This document shows positions 41,374-51,383 of a stretch of 64,000 nt of DNA, one piece after another. This DNA comes from Nitrososphaeraceae archaeon. GTDB taxonomy: Archaea; Thermoproteota; Nitrososphaeria; Nitrososphaerales; Nitrososphaeraceae. The position numbers and the translations under genes are program-made. Location of the stretch: the NCBI GenBank assembly GCA_035297365.1, contig DATGZA010000097.1, forward strand, positions 8,509 through 72,508, read 5' to 3'. The notes beneath the pieces were generated by a model. The model was not told the DNA's origin. It saw only the letters and a list, made by a program, of their open reading frames with translations, and ran no database searches. The first letter of the stretch is position 1; every line of letters starts with the position of its first letter.

Positions 41374-41885
41374 TGGGAGATCCGAAGAAATCTAGAAAAA
41401 CCTTTAAAAGACCACGCCAGATTTGGACAAAAGATCAATTAAGTTCAGAATTATATTTGTTAGGAACGTACGGTCTTAGAAGTAAGCGTGAGCTATGGAA
41501 GGCGCAGACCAAAATAGCTGGAATTCGAAATCAGGCACGTGCTCTGTTGGCTCTGACCACTGAAAGTCGACATGAAAAAGAAAATAAACTTTTAACATAC
41601 CTGCAAAGATTGGGACTTGTTGGAGAATCTGCAACGTTAGATGATATATTAAATATAAAGATAGAGGATATTCTAGAAAGAAGGTTACAAACTATTGTTA
41701 TGAAAAAGGCCATAACTAAATCTCCTCATCAAGCTAGACAGTTGGTGGTTCACGGCCATGTTTCCATAGGTGACAGAACCATAAATATTCCTGGATATCC
41801 TGTTAAAAAGGAAGAAGAATCCAAAATTATTTTACATAACGAATTTATGAATATTGTTCCTGCTACATCTCGATCCCCTGGATAA
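41373..41885 (+). CDS. rps4: 30S ribosomal protein S4
   Basis: MGDPKK, YGLRSKRELW, LERRLQT, ARQLVVHGH. Confidence 0.97.
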   Translation: MGDPKKSRKTFKRPRQIWTKDQLSSELYLLGTYGLRSKRELWKAQTKIAGIRNQARALLALTTESRHEKENKLLTYLQRLGLVGESATLDDILNIKIEDILERRLQTIVMKKAITKSPHQARQLVVHGHVSIGDRTINIPGYPVKKEEESKIILHNEFMNIVPATSRSPG

Positions 41886-41892
41886 CTATATA

Positions 41893-42852
41893 TCAAGAAA
41901 CTATATCAACGTGGTCTATTTTTCCATCTGCGTTCATGTCAAAACCTTGAACTACTACTGCCCAGTCATCGTCGTGTAAATATCTTTTCATCAATTTATC
42001 TCCGTGATCTGTTAAAGCTATTACAGCTGCCTTAGTACCTATGGATCGGACACCCGCAAGTACTATAATACTCCTATCCTGATTATAGGGATTCTTTATT
42101 TTTGCAATTAAACCGTGGTTGTCCATATTATAAATTCGTCCTGCATTGTCAGTTAATCCAGACCAATAATTAGTCTCATTGAATTTAATTGGCAAATGAT
42201 CATTAAACTCAGAAGTGACTATATTTGTACCTGGACCACCTATCAAAATAAGATTTCTATTGTCTATGTCCTTTTCAGCCTTTGCATCTACATCAAGTTT
42301 TGCTATAAAGTTTGAAGAAACGTCACACAGAGTGCCTAAATAAAAGCTTAAATGAATAGCGTAATGCCCATCTCTAGCCGAGGATTTATACGGACCGTGT
42401 GGATCAGGTGCACCTACGACAATTAAACCACAAAATGCATTGTCTTTATAGTAATCTTCTAACCAAAATGGAATATTTTTTTGAGTTATCTTTTTTGTGA
42501 ATTGATGAATATCTGTTTGTTCTATCTCTTCAACTGAATCGAGCTCTAGACCAAAAGATGGACTTGTAATACTGTATAATCTTGCAGTTCCGCCCCGTAT
42601 ATGACTAGTTCCAGTTTGTTCGATGGCACCTATTTCAACAAGCTTTCTTACATAATAATAGGTTGTTTGTTCATATAATTTTAATTCCTTGGCTATTTGT
42701 GCAGGGTACATGGATCTCTTAGATAATAATTCTATTATTTTCCACGCAACATGATTAGATAGTATTCGCATATCCTTTGTGTTCTCAAATAGTAAAATTT
42801 TTTTACTTATTGTATTACCATTACGTTCATAGATGATTGTTTTCTTTTTCAA
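41893..42852 (-). CDS. ArsR-type HTH regulator with an S-layer-like C-terminal domain
   Basis: IIELLSKRSMYPAQIAKEL...YYYVRKL HTH; NLILIGGPGTN...IVLAG; terminal DMNADGKID. Confidence 0.75.
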   Translation of the reverse strand: MKKKTIIYERNGNTISKKILLFENTKDMRILSNHVAWKIIELLSKRSMYPAQIAKELKLYEQTTYYYVRKLVEIGAIEQTGTSHIRGGTARLYSITSPSFGLELDSVEEIEQTDIHQFTKKITQKNIPFWLEDYYKDNAFCGLIVVGAPDPHGPYKSSARDGHYAIHLSFYLGTLCDVSSNFIAKLDVDAKAEKDIDNRNLILIGGPGTNIVTSEFNDHLPIKFNETNYWSGLTDNAGRIYNMDNHGLIAKIKNPYNQDRSIIVLAGVRSIGTKAAVIALTDHGDKLMKRYLHDDDWAVVVQGFDMNADGKIDHVDIVS

Positions 42853-42930
42853 TCTTACTTTTTATCAGTTATAAATTATTTCATACCGGTAATAATAATA
42901 TATGTATAATTTACATTTTTTCCAAAAAAA

Positions 42931-42946
42931 TTACGGTCAACCATAA
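42931..42946. promoter_or_regulatory. Imperfect palindrome in the regulator/glmS divergent region
   Basis: TTACGGT-CA-ACCATAA (one mismatch). Confidence 0.4.
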
Positions 42947-43023
42947 CAAAATATTTTATAACGGTATTGGCTTTTCATTAAAGAACTATTTAAAGCATTA
43001 CACAACAAGGTTATTGTTTACAA

Positions 43024-44790
43024 ATGTGTTCGATTATTGGATATGCTGGTAAGTCATCTGCGGCATCAGTATTAGTTGATAGCTTAAAAAGAATGGAATA
43101 TAGAGGATACGATAGTGTTGGGATAGCGACTATAGAAAGCAGTAAAATCTTTGTCCGTAAAGATGTTGGTAAAGTTATTGAAGTTGAAAAGTCCCTTAGA
43201 TTAGGAAATATGCCAGGGCATGTAGGTATCGGACATACTAGATGGGCAACTCATGGAGGTATTAACCAAATTAATGCACATCCTCATACAGATTGTGAAA
43301 ATAATATCATGATTGTTCATAATGGGATAATAGAAAATTATAAACAAATAAAAGAAGAGTTACTTGCAAATGGACATATATTTCAAAGTCAAACGGATAG
43401 CGAAGTAATTGCACATCTTATGGAACTTCATTATAAAAAAAAACATGACGTGAAACAAGCAATTATTGAAACATGTAAGATGTTAAGAGGATCTTATGCA
43501 TTTGTTGCTATTTTTAGATCAGGCTTAGTTGCAGGAACAAGACTAGATGAGCCTTTGATTGTAGGGTTGGGAAAAGATGGAAACTTCATTTCGAGCGATG
43601 TTTTGGGGTTTCTTGAATACACTGACAAATCTATATTTCTTGATAATCAAGATATTGTCATTCTAGATGGACAGAACGTAAATTTTTTTGATTTTAATGG
43701 AAATGCAGTCTCTCGTCATGTTACACAGGTTGCATGGGAATTAGGTGATCTTGATAAAGGTAAATATGCTCATTATACCATAAAAGAAATACATGAACAG
43801 CAAAATTCAATACTAAAAGCATTTGGCACTAAAAAAGAGATAATAAGTAAGTTTGTTGATATAATGTCGGAATCGAAGAATGTTTTTATTACTGGGAGTG
43901 GTACAAGTTTTCATTCTGCATTATTGGCAAAATACTTGTTAAATAAGTTCTCTAATCTTAGAACAGAAATAGTTATGTCCAGTGAATTTGAATACATGTT
44001 GGGTCCTTTAGATGAAAATTCAGTTCTGATTGCAATCTCTCAAAGTGGTGAGACTGCTGATGTTTTACATTCAGTCAAAATGGCAAGACAAAAACATGCA
44101 AAAATCCTTTCAATTGTGAATGTTTCTACATCTTCTCTTGCAAGGCTTAGTGATCATTTTATTGCCATTAATTGCGGTCCTGAAATCGGTGTGGCTGCAA
44201 CCAAAAGTTTTACAGGTCAACTAGCAATACTTTATTCTATAGTCGAAAAATTATGTCCTGATAAAATAGATATTAATAAATTTATCAATACATGTGATGA
44301 TAGCATGCAAAATATATTGTCATTAGAGTCACATATCGAAACAATTGCAGAAGAAATTAAATCTTCCCAGGACATTTATATCTTGGGTAAATCTTTACAT
44401 TATCCTATAGCATTGGAGGGATCACTTAAGATCAAAGAGCTAGCATATATTCATGCAGAGGGAATAGCTGCAGGGGAGATTAAACATGGCCCGTTAGCAT
44501 TGGTCGAAACTAACACTATTGTTATTGTTATTAATCCATGTGATGATACATTTACTGATACATTAAATAGTGTTTACGAAATGAAATCTAGAGGGGCAAA
44601 AATTATTGGTATATCAAACCAAAATAATGTCAATTACGACTATTTTATAAGACTTCCTACAATTGATGAATTGATGTATCCCATTCTTGAAATTATCCCA
44701 TTACAAATACTCTCTTATTACTTAGCCTTAAAAAAAGATGCTAATCCTGATTATCCGAGAAATCTTGCAAAATCAGTCACTGTGAGATGA
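43024..44790 (+). CDS. glmS: Glutamine-fructose-6-phosphate aminotransferase
   Basis: N-terminal Cys, EYRGYDS, GHTRWATHG, SQSGETAD, PRNLAKSVTV. Confidence 0.97.
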   Translation: MCSIIGYAGKSSAASVLVDSLKRMEYRGYDSVGIATIESSKIFVRKDVGKVIEVEKSLRLGNMPGHVGIGHTRWATHGGINQINAHPHTDCENNIMIVHNGIIENYKQIKEELLANGHIFQSQTDSEVIAHLMELHYKKKHDVKQAIIETCKMLRGSYAFVAIFRSGLVAGTRLDEPLIVGLGKDGNFISSDVLGFLEYTDKSIFLDNQDIVILDGQNVNFFDFNGNAVSRHVTQVAWELGDLDKGKYAHYTIKEIHEQQNSILKAFGTKKEIISKFVDIMSESKNVFITGSGTSFHSALLAKYLLNKFSNLRTEIVMSSEFEYMLGPLDENSVLIAISQSGETADVLHSVKMARQKHAKILSIVNVSTSSLARLSDHFIAINCGPEIGVAATKSFTGQLAILYSIVEKLCPDKIDINKFINTCDDSMQNILSLESHIETIAEEIKSSQDIYILGKSLHYPIALEGSLKIKELAYIHAEGIAAGEIKHGPLALVETNTIVIVINPCDDTFTDTLNSVYEMKSRGAKIIGISNQNNVNYDYFIRLPTIDELMYPILEIIPLQILSYYLALKKDANPDYPRNLAKSVTVR

Positions 44791-44865
44791 ATATTTTCTA
44801 AGAACAGGTAAATATCGATGGGAAATAGTTTCATGTTAATATAAAGTAAAACTTATTGTCCATAG

Positions 44866-45975
44866 TTAAATAACTATATTCTCTTCTATTTTCGATTCAT
44901 ATTCTTTTTCTATATTTCTTAAGAGAGTACAACTATTGACACGTCCTTTTGTTCTGATTATTGCTACGATCGATGTTCCTCCAGCACCTACTCCTTCCTT
45001 TACAAAACCTTCAGCAAAGGCTCTTAGTCCTTGTTTATTTGATTCCTTCATGTGTAGATCGACAGCCAGAATTCCTATTTCTCTATCTATAGAATAGACC
45101 AAATTTTCAAAATCTGACTGTAAATCATCCAAAATATAGTTTGTCGTTCCAATAATGATTTTATTTGTTTTTATTTCTAAACGTTTTAGGAATGTTAAAA
45201 TCGCACACATCTGAGTACCTCCTGCTAACATCACACGACATCCATTTTCCAATGCTCCTGTGGCTATACCCGCAATAGATGGAATCATGGGGTCACCTAA
45301 ATAAGAAACGGCGTTAAATGGTTGTTCTTTAAATTCTCCGAATTTAATCTTATTTCTTTGCATGCTTGATGCAATTATATTATTTTTCAATTCATGTGGA
45401 TTGTTTGGCATACTACTGCTTATTTTATAGGTGGCATCAATTCCCAAAGACAACATTACACCTAATGCTGTTGTGGTACCAGAAGGAATACTCTCCCCCA
45501 AGATCACTAGATCATTATTTTTAGCAAGTTGTTCTCCAAGTAATTTGCCATACAAATATGCTTTCTTTACATCTTCAAGGCTCATAGCTATTTCTTCAGT
45601 TATATTATTTCCATGTTTAAGATCAAAGGAAAAAAATGGTATAGCTGGTTTAATTTTTACACCTGCGTCTACTACAATGAAAGGAATGCCAGCAATATTT
45701 AACGAAGTTCTCGTAATAATTGCTGGTGTAGGTTTTCCATCTGGAGTTGCTGGAACTCCTTTAATACAAATACATTTACCATAATACAGGAATTCGGCAT
45801 CTGCAGGTGGTGTAAATTTAATCAGGTTTGGGTTAGCTCCTGCAACAGTTAATCCCTGAATTTTACTAGTTTCCGTGTGTGATATTACACAAACGAAGAT
45901 TGGATTAATAATCTTTAAATCATTTATATTGAATTTATTATTGACTAATGTTATATCTTCAAATAGTTTTACCAA
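44866..45975 (-). CDS. cobT: Archaeal nicotinate-nucleotide:dimethylbenzimidazole phosphoribosyltransferase
   Basis: TPPADAE, PTPAIIT, GESIPSGTTTA, LAGGTQM, VKEGVGAGG. Confidence 0.9.
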   Translation of the reverse strand: MVKLFEDITLVNNKFNINDLKIINPIFVCVISHTETSKIQGLTVAGANPNLIKFTPPADAEFLYYGKCICIKGVPATPDGKPTPAIITRTSLNIAGIPFIVVDAGVKIKPAIPFFSFDLKHGNNITEEIAMSLEDVKKAYLYGKLLGEQLAKNNDLVILGESIPSGTTTALGVMLSLGIDATYKISSSMPNNPHELKNNIIASSMQRNKIKFGEFKEQPFNAVSYLGDPMIPSIAGIATGALENGCRVMLAGGTQMCAILTFLKRLEIKTNKIIIGTTNYILDDLQSDFENLVYSIDREIGILAVDLHMKESNKQGLRAFAEGFVKEGVGAGGTSIVAIIRTKGRVNSCTLLRNIEKEYESKIEENIVI

Positions 45976-45978
45976 ATA

Positions 45979-46605
45979 CTATTCTTCTCCGGTCATAAAT
46001 TGAATAAACTCCTGTAGAGTTCTTGGAGCTAGAACATAATTCGTATTCTTTTCTTCTCCTATAGTTGATACAGTCTTCATTCCATAGTTGTGACCAGGGT
46101 AAATGATTAATTCGTCGTTTAATTTAATTATCCTTCTCAACAGACTGTCATACATTTCGTTAACATTGCCTCCTGGAAGATCTATACGACCACAATTTCC
46201 AACAAACAATGTGTCTCCAGTGAAAATTATTTTCGAGTCTACAATTAAACAAATACTATCTTTTGAGTGTCCAGGTGTATGCAATATATCTATAACAATA
46301 TTTCCAACTCTTATTCTATCTCCATCTTTAACTGCTATATCGTGTCTATCCATAGAATTTTCGTGTTGAACAATTTGACAATTAGTAATGGCTAAAACTT
46401 GTTCATTTCCTAAAACATGATCAAAATGTGTATGAGTATTGATAATGAATTTTACACTGTATGAATTTCTTTTAATAATTTCAAATATCTTATCAAGATC
46501 CCACGACGGATCAATAATTGCTATTTCCTTTTCTTCTTCATCTATAACAAGATATGTAAAATTTGCCATTTGACCAACTTGAATTTGTTCTATTTTCAAG
46601 GTCAT
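45979..46605 (-). CDS. Metallo-beta-lactamase-fold hydrolase (glyoxalase II-like)
   Basis: THTHFDH, HTPGH, FTGDTLF, PGH. Confidence 0.9.
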   Translation of the reverse strand: MTLKIEQIQVGQMANFTYLVIDEEEKEIAIIDPSWDLDKIFEIIKRNSYSVKFIINTHTHFDHVLGNEQVLAITNCQIVQHENSMDRHDIAVKDGDRIRVGNIVIDILHTPGHSKDSICLIVDSKIIFTGDTLFVGNCGRIDLPGGNVNEMYDSLLRRIIKLNDELIIYPGHNYGMKTVSTIGEEKNTNYVLAPRTLQEFIQFMTGEE

Positions 46606-46606
46606 G

Positions 46607-47338
46607 TTATATTATTCCACCCTCAACTTCCATTGGAATGCCTATTTTTTTCAAATAGATTGTACCTGTATATTTTTTATTATGTAAAAGTCCATTTTTA
46701 ATTCTGTGAAAAGTTATAGTACTATCAGCTTTGACACAATTAGAATTTATGTTACCAGTATCAGGGTCTAAACCTGAAGGTATGTCTACGGAGATGACAT
46801 GAGCTTTAGATTTATTTATTAAATCAATTATAAGTGCCTGAGGTTCTTTGATATCTCCTTTTATCCCAGTTCCAAAAATACCATCAATTATTATGTCAGA
46901 TGCTAATATTTCATTCTTTATTTGTGTGTCTAATTTATAATATATTTTTATGGTTTTATGCATTTTCTTGATTATCTCAAAATTTGTCAATGCTTCTTCT
47001 GTTTTTATTTTATTTAAATCTCCAAGTACAATTATTTTTATAGGCTTCCTGGACTGAATGGATAAATGTCTTGATGCAACCATGGCATCGCCACCATTAT
47101 TACCTGTCCCACAAACAACTGTAATTTTTAAATCGTCTATTTTTTTAAATTTCTTTAATATCAATTCTGCTATTCCATAACCTGCATTTTCCATCATCAA
47201 GATCTTTTTCATACCGAACTTGTTGTGACCCACGTCTTCAATTTTGTACATCTGGTCGGAAGTTATCGATATTTCTCGGAATTTCTCATCCTTCAGCCTT
47301 TTCTGGATTTTTTTCAGACTATTAACTCGTATTATCAT
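46607..47338 (-). CDS. nnrE: NAD(P)H-hydrate epimerase (YjeF N-terminal domain)
   Basis: MENAG, CGTGNNGGD, DGIFGTG, VDIPSG. Confidence 0.92.
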   Translation of the reverse strand: MIIRVNSLKKIQKRLKDEKFREISITSDQMYKIEDVGHNKFGMKKILMMENAGYGIAELILKKFKKIDDLKITVVCGTGNNGGDAMVASRHLSIQSRKPIKIIVLGDLNKIKTEEALTNFEIIKKMHKTIKIYYKLDTQIKNEILASDIIIDGIFGTGIKGDIKEPQALIIDLINKSKAHVISVDIPSGLDPDTGNINSNCVKADSTITFHRIKNGLLHNKKYTGTIYLKKIGIPMEVEGGII

Positions 47339-47361
47339 TTTTACAATCTATCTCTTTTTTG

Positions 47362-47865
47362 TTAATATTTATTGATATTTTTGGGGAAGGGCATTTTAAA
47401 TTCTGGTAATTCAAATTTTTTTGAAGCACTTTCTGAAACTACAAATGTTTCACCAGTATAATTACATTTAATTTGTGGAAACTTTCTCTTACCTCCCAAA
47501 ATATCAGCAACTTTGTAGTATTCGACAAGTCTTCTACTTGCATATGTGTTTTCATTATTTTTTTTAATTCTTTTCTTACGCATGAATTTAAAAGCTAGAA
47601 TTACATGTTTATTTTTATAATACCTAAACATATTTGCGATCGAAAAGCATCTTTCGATTTGGTCACTTGGAACATATAATGCATCGCCTGTTCCAGATTT
47701 GGCTTCGATCGCTAACAAAATTCCCTTGTTGTTATTGACTGCAACAATATCTGGTAAGCCGACACTTGAACCTCCAAGTCGTTTTGCTGTCCAATACTTA
47801 TTGTTGAGTCTGTTGACAATAAGATACTCGTAGCTATATCCTCTACTTCTTCGAATGTTTCCCAA
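47362..47865 (-). CDS. hjc: Holliday junction resolvase Hjc-like PD-(D/E)xK nuclease
   Basis: RGYSYE, PDIVAV, IEAKS. Confidence 0.8.
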   Translation of the reverse strand: MGNIRRSRGYSYEYLIVNRLNNKYWTAKRLGGSSVGLPDIVAVNNNKGILLAIEAKSGTGDALYVPSDQIERCFSIANMFRYYKNKHVILAFKFMRKKRIKKNNENTYASRRLVEYYKVADILGGKRKFPQIKCNYTGETFVVSESASKKFELPEFKMPFPKNINKY

Positions 47866-47976
47866 ACTAATCTTAATTTCTTATTCCCATGTTAAAACCT
47901 TGTTTACGAATTTAATTAAAGAAAAAAATCAGATTATTTACAAAAGATATTATTATGAAAAATAGAACTCGTTAAC

Positions 47977-48597
47977 GTGTTGCCTCTGAATATTAAAAAT
48001 TCATTAGATGTTGTATATGAAGAATTGAAAAATATAGAAAATAGACGAGAACACCTTATCAAAGAATCTCGAGAATTAATAATCCTGTGTAGCCAAACAA
48101 TAATAGAAGTACATCAAAATAATCTAGAAGCGAGTCAATCTAAATTAGAGAAAGCAAAAACATTATACTTTTCATTAAAAGATTATGCCAAGCAAGATCT
48201 ATCAAGATACCTCTCTATTTCAGAACAAGAACTTGTAGAAGCCAGTATAGTGCTAGGAATTGCAAAAAATAAATCTTTTCCTAGTTTGGGTGAGATGAAT
48301 GTTTCAAGTCAGTCATATCTTTTGGGCTTTTTAGATAGCATTGGAGAGATAAAGAGAATGATTTATGATAAGGTTAGATTGGGAAACTATAATGAGGCTG
48401 AAATTTTATTCATTCAGATGCAGGAGATTTTTAATTCCATCTATCCATTTGCAGTTTACGATAACTTTGTTTCTGGAATTAGAAAGAAATTGGATGTATG
48501 TAGAATATTGATTGAAAATACAAGGGAATTGATGACTGAAGAATCAAGAAGGTCTATACTTATTCAGTCTCTTGACAAGTTAAACAATAATGAATGA
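47977..48597 (+). CDS. Translin/TRAX-family protein
   Basis: RREHLIKESRE, QELVEA, YLLGFLDSIGEIKR, RKKLD. Confidence 0.85.
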   Translation: MLPLNIKNSLDVVYEELKNIENRREHLIKESRELIILCSQTIIEVHQNNLEASQSKLEKAKTLYFSLKDYAKQDLSRYLSISEQELVEASIVLGIAKNKSFPSLGEMNVSSQSYLLGFLDSIGEIKRMIYDKVRLGNYNEAEILFIQMQEIFNSIYPFAVYDNFVSGIRKKLDVCRILIENTRELMTEESRRSILIQSLDKLNNNE

Positions 48598-48683
48598 GTA
48601 AAAATTTATTCGTCCACAGTCAAATAATATTGAATAAAAAGTAAAGTTAATTAGAAACTACACTAAAGCTTTTTCGTATTTCT

Positions 48684-50807
48684 ATGGTAGATAGGGAAAA
48701 AGTACGAAGAATATTTGATGATAATGTTCAAAAAGGTAGCAAAATAATTACAGAAGAATCAGCAAAATCCATATTATCTGAATATGGTATAAAGGTCCCA
48801 GAATATTCTATAGTTACTAGTGATTCTGAAGCTCTAGTAAAGTCAAGAGAAATAGGTTTTCCTCTGGTAGCCAAAATAGTATCTGATCAAATTTTACACA
48901 AAACAGATGTACAAGGAGTCAAGGTTGGGTTACAAAATGAAGAGGAAACAAAAGAAGCATTTTTAGACATGCATGGTCGTCTGTCAAAAGAATATGATGT
49001 TAAGGGGGTATTATTAGAAAAGATGGTTCCTAAAGGAATCGAATTAATAGTAGGATTACAAAATGATCCTCAGTTCGGACCAGTGATCATGCTAGGTCTA
49101 GGAGGAATTTATACTGAATTATTTAAGGACATTTCCTTTAGAGTACTTCCTATTACAAAAGAAGATGCATTGGATATGATTAATGATTTAAAAGGAAACA
49201 AAATTCTTAAAGGATTTAGAGGATCGGAACCTGTTGACTTGGATATTTTATGTGATGCTATCGTTAAAATTGGTAATCTCGGTACTGATATGGCAAAATA
49301 TATTGATAGCGTAGACTTTAATCCTATTATTGTATATCCTCAAAATTACTATGTTGTAGATGCCAAGATTCTATTAAAGACAAACGTGAATGAAGATACA
49401 ATTTCTAATTCTGTTCCCGATTCAAGCTATATGGATATCTTTTTTAATGCTAAATCGATTGCATTAATAGGCGCTTCTCCTGAGGAAAACAAAGTAGGAA
49501 ATTCTGTTCTCAAAAGCCTCTCAAAATATGATTATAAAGGAAAAATTTTTCCGGTGAATGCAAAAGGTTATGACCATATACTTGATCTAAAGGCGTATAA
49601 AAGTTTAGACGCCATTGACGAACCAGTTGATTTGGTGATAGTTACAGTTGATCTTAAATTTGTTCCAGATATATTGGAAACATGCGGCAAAAAAGGAATC
49701 CATAACATGGTCATAATTTCTGGAGGTGGTAAGGAACTTGGCGGTGAAAGAGCTGAAATCGAGCAAAAAATCAAAGATTTGTCTTCTAAATTACATGTAA
49801 GGATAATAGGACCAAATTGTATCGGGATGTTTAATGGAGAGAATAGACTTGATTGTGCATTCCAAGGACACGAAAGAATGATACGACCCAAAAAAGGTGA
49901 CGTCGCATTTTTGTCTCAGAGTGGTACTATTGGAATAGCATTTATGGAAACCTCTGACTCCTTTGGAATGAGCAAGATGATCTCATATGGAAACCGTTCC
50001 GATGTTGATGAGGCAGATATGATCTGGTATCTTTCTGAAGACCCTAAAACCTCCGTCATCGGATTATATGTAGAAGGGCTTGGTGATGGCAGAAAATTTA
50101 TGAATACTGCGAAGAAAGTAATAAAGGATAAGAAAAAACCAATAGTAGTTTTTAAAAACGGCAGGTCACAACGCGGTGCTAAACAAGCAGAGTCTCATAC
50201 AGGATCGCTGGGTGGTTCATATGCGGTAGTAAAGGGTGCTTTTGATCAATCCGGAATTATTTCTGTTGATAGCTATGAAGAACTAACTGGTTCATTAAAA
50301 GCATTGACTTGGCAACCTATTCCGAAAGGAAATAAAGTAGCATTAGTAACAAATGGAGCAGGACCTGTAATAGCAGCAATAGATCATTTTGAAAGGTTAT
50401 CTTTAAAGATAGCAGAGATGAGTGAAGAGAGTAAAAAGAAATTTCATGAACACTATCCCTCAACATATGTTATAGGAAATCCATTGGATGTTACAGGATC
50501 TGCTAATGCAGATGATTATAAATTTGCTATACAGACATTCTTAGATGATCCCGAAGTCGATATTATTATGCCCTGGTTTGTTTTTCAAGACGATCCATTG
50601 GAAGAAACAATAGTAAATATCCTTGCTGATTTTCAGAAACAGAAGAAAAAACCTATCTTGATAGGTGCACTCGGAGGACCATTTACTCAAGAAATCTCAA
50701 AACGAATAGAGGAAAATAACGTACCTGTTTATCATTCTGTCCTCTCTTGGGTAACAGCCGCTGGAAGTTTGGCACAATGGTCAAAACTAACTAACAATAA
50801 TTCTTAA
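48684..50807 (+). CDS. ADP-forming acyl-CoA synthetase, probably 3-hydroxypropionyl-CoA synthetase of the 3HP/4HB cycle
   Basis: ATP-grasp domain first (HKTDV.GV, DPQFGP), then CoA-binding and ligase domains (GPNC.G, SQSG, SHTGSL); this domain order matches the thaumarchaeal 3-HP-CoA ligase as I recall it. Confidence 0.85.
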   Translation: MVDREKVRRIFDDNVQKGSKIITEESAKSILSEYGIKVPEYSIVTSDSEALVKSREIGFPLVAKIVSDQILHKTDVQGVKVGLQNEEETKEAFLDMHGRLSKEYDVKGVLLEKMVPKGIELIVGLQNDPQFGPVIMLGLGGIYTELFKDISFRVLPITKEDALDMINDLKGNKILKGFRGSEPVDLDILCDAIVKIGNLGTDMAKYIDSVDFNPIIVYPQNYYVVDAKILLKTNVNEDTISNSVPDSSYMDIFFNAKSIALIGASPEENKVGNSVLKSLSKYDYKGKIFPVNAKGYDHILDLKAYKSLDAIDEPVDLVIVTVDLKFVPDILETCGKKGIHNMVIISGGGKELGGERAEIEQKIKDLSSKLHVRIIGPNCIGMFNGENRLDCAFQGHERMIRPKKGDVAFLSQSGTIGIAFMETSDSFGMSKMISYGNRSDVDEADMIWYLSEDPKTSVIGLYVEGLGDGRKFMNTAKKVIKDKKKPIVVFKNGRSQRGAKQAESHTGSLGGSYAVVKGAFDQSGIISVDSYEELTGSLKALTWQPIPKGNKVALVTNGAGPVIAAIDHFERLSLKIAEMSEESKKKFHEHYPSTYVIGNPLDVTGSANADDYKFAIQTFLDDPEVDIIMPWFVFQDDPLEETIVNILADFQKQKKKPILIGALGGPFTQEISKRIEENNVPVYHSVLSWVTAAGSLAQWSKLTNNNS

Positions 50808-50861
50808 TTTTTTTTAGATCAGGCAAAATTTATATTGTTTTAAAAAGATATTAATAATAAA

Positions 50862-51212
50862 ATGGAAAGCTCTCAGCAATCACAAATAGTAACCGTAACC
50901 CCAAAAGCTGCAGAAAAAGTTATGGAATTTATGAAGCAAGAAGAAAAGGCAAGTCTTTTCTTACGAGTTTACGTAACTGGTGGAGGATGCTCCGGATTAT
51001 CATACGGAATGGGATTTGAAGAAAATGCAGAAGAAGATGATTATATGATTGAACAAAATGGGGTAAAAATCATAATCGATAATTATAGTCAGAGATATCT
51101 AAATGGAGCAAGCATAGATTATATAGATAGTCTAATGGGATCTGGATTCAAGATTAATAATCCCAACGTAACTAAAAGCTGTTCTTGTGGACACTCATTC
51201 TCAACAGAATAA
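50862..51212 (+). CDS. A-type Fe-S carrier (IscA/ErpA/HesB family)
   Basis: GGCSGLSY, NPN...CSCGHSF. Confidence 0.94.
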   Translation: MESSQQSQIVTVTPKAAEKVMEFMKQEEKASLFLRVYVTGGGCSGLSYGMGFEENAEEDDYMIEQNGVKIIIDNYSQRYLNGASIDYIDSLMGSGFKINNPNVTKSCSCGHSFSTE

Positions 51213-51383
51213 CAACTTTTTTAAACATTATATTTTTTCATAGATTTGGGATCTATATATTTAATTATTTTTTAAATTTCTTTAATTATTTATAAGATCA
51301 GTTTAATAATAAACGGATTTTCAATAAAATAAACCAAGGAAATTGAATAAATTAAGTATGCTTTAGCAAAAAGAAAAGATATC

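Noticed and set aside
47362-48597. Hjc nuclease plus translin as a defence module
   Set aside because: Both are ordinary archaeal housekeeping families, and there is no mobile or defence context
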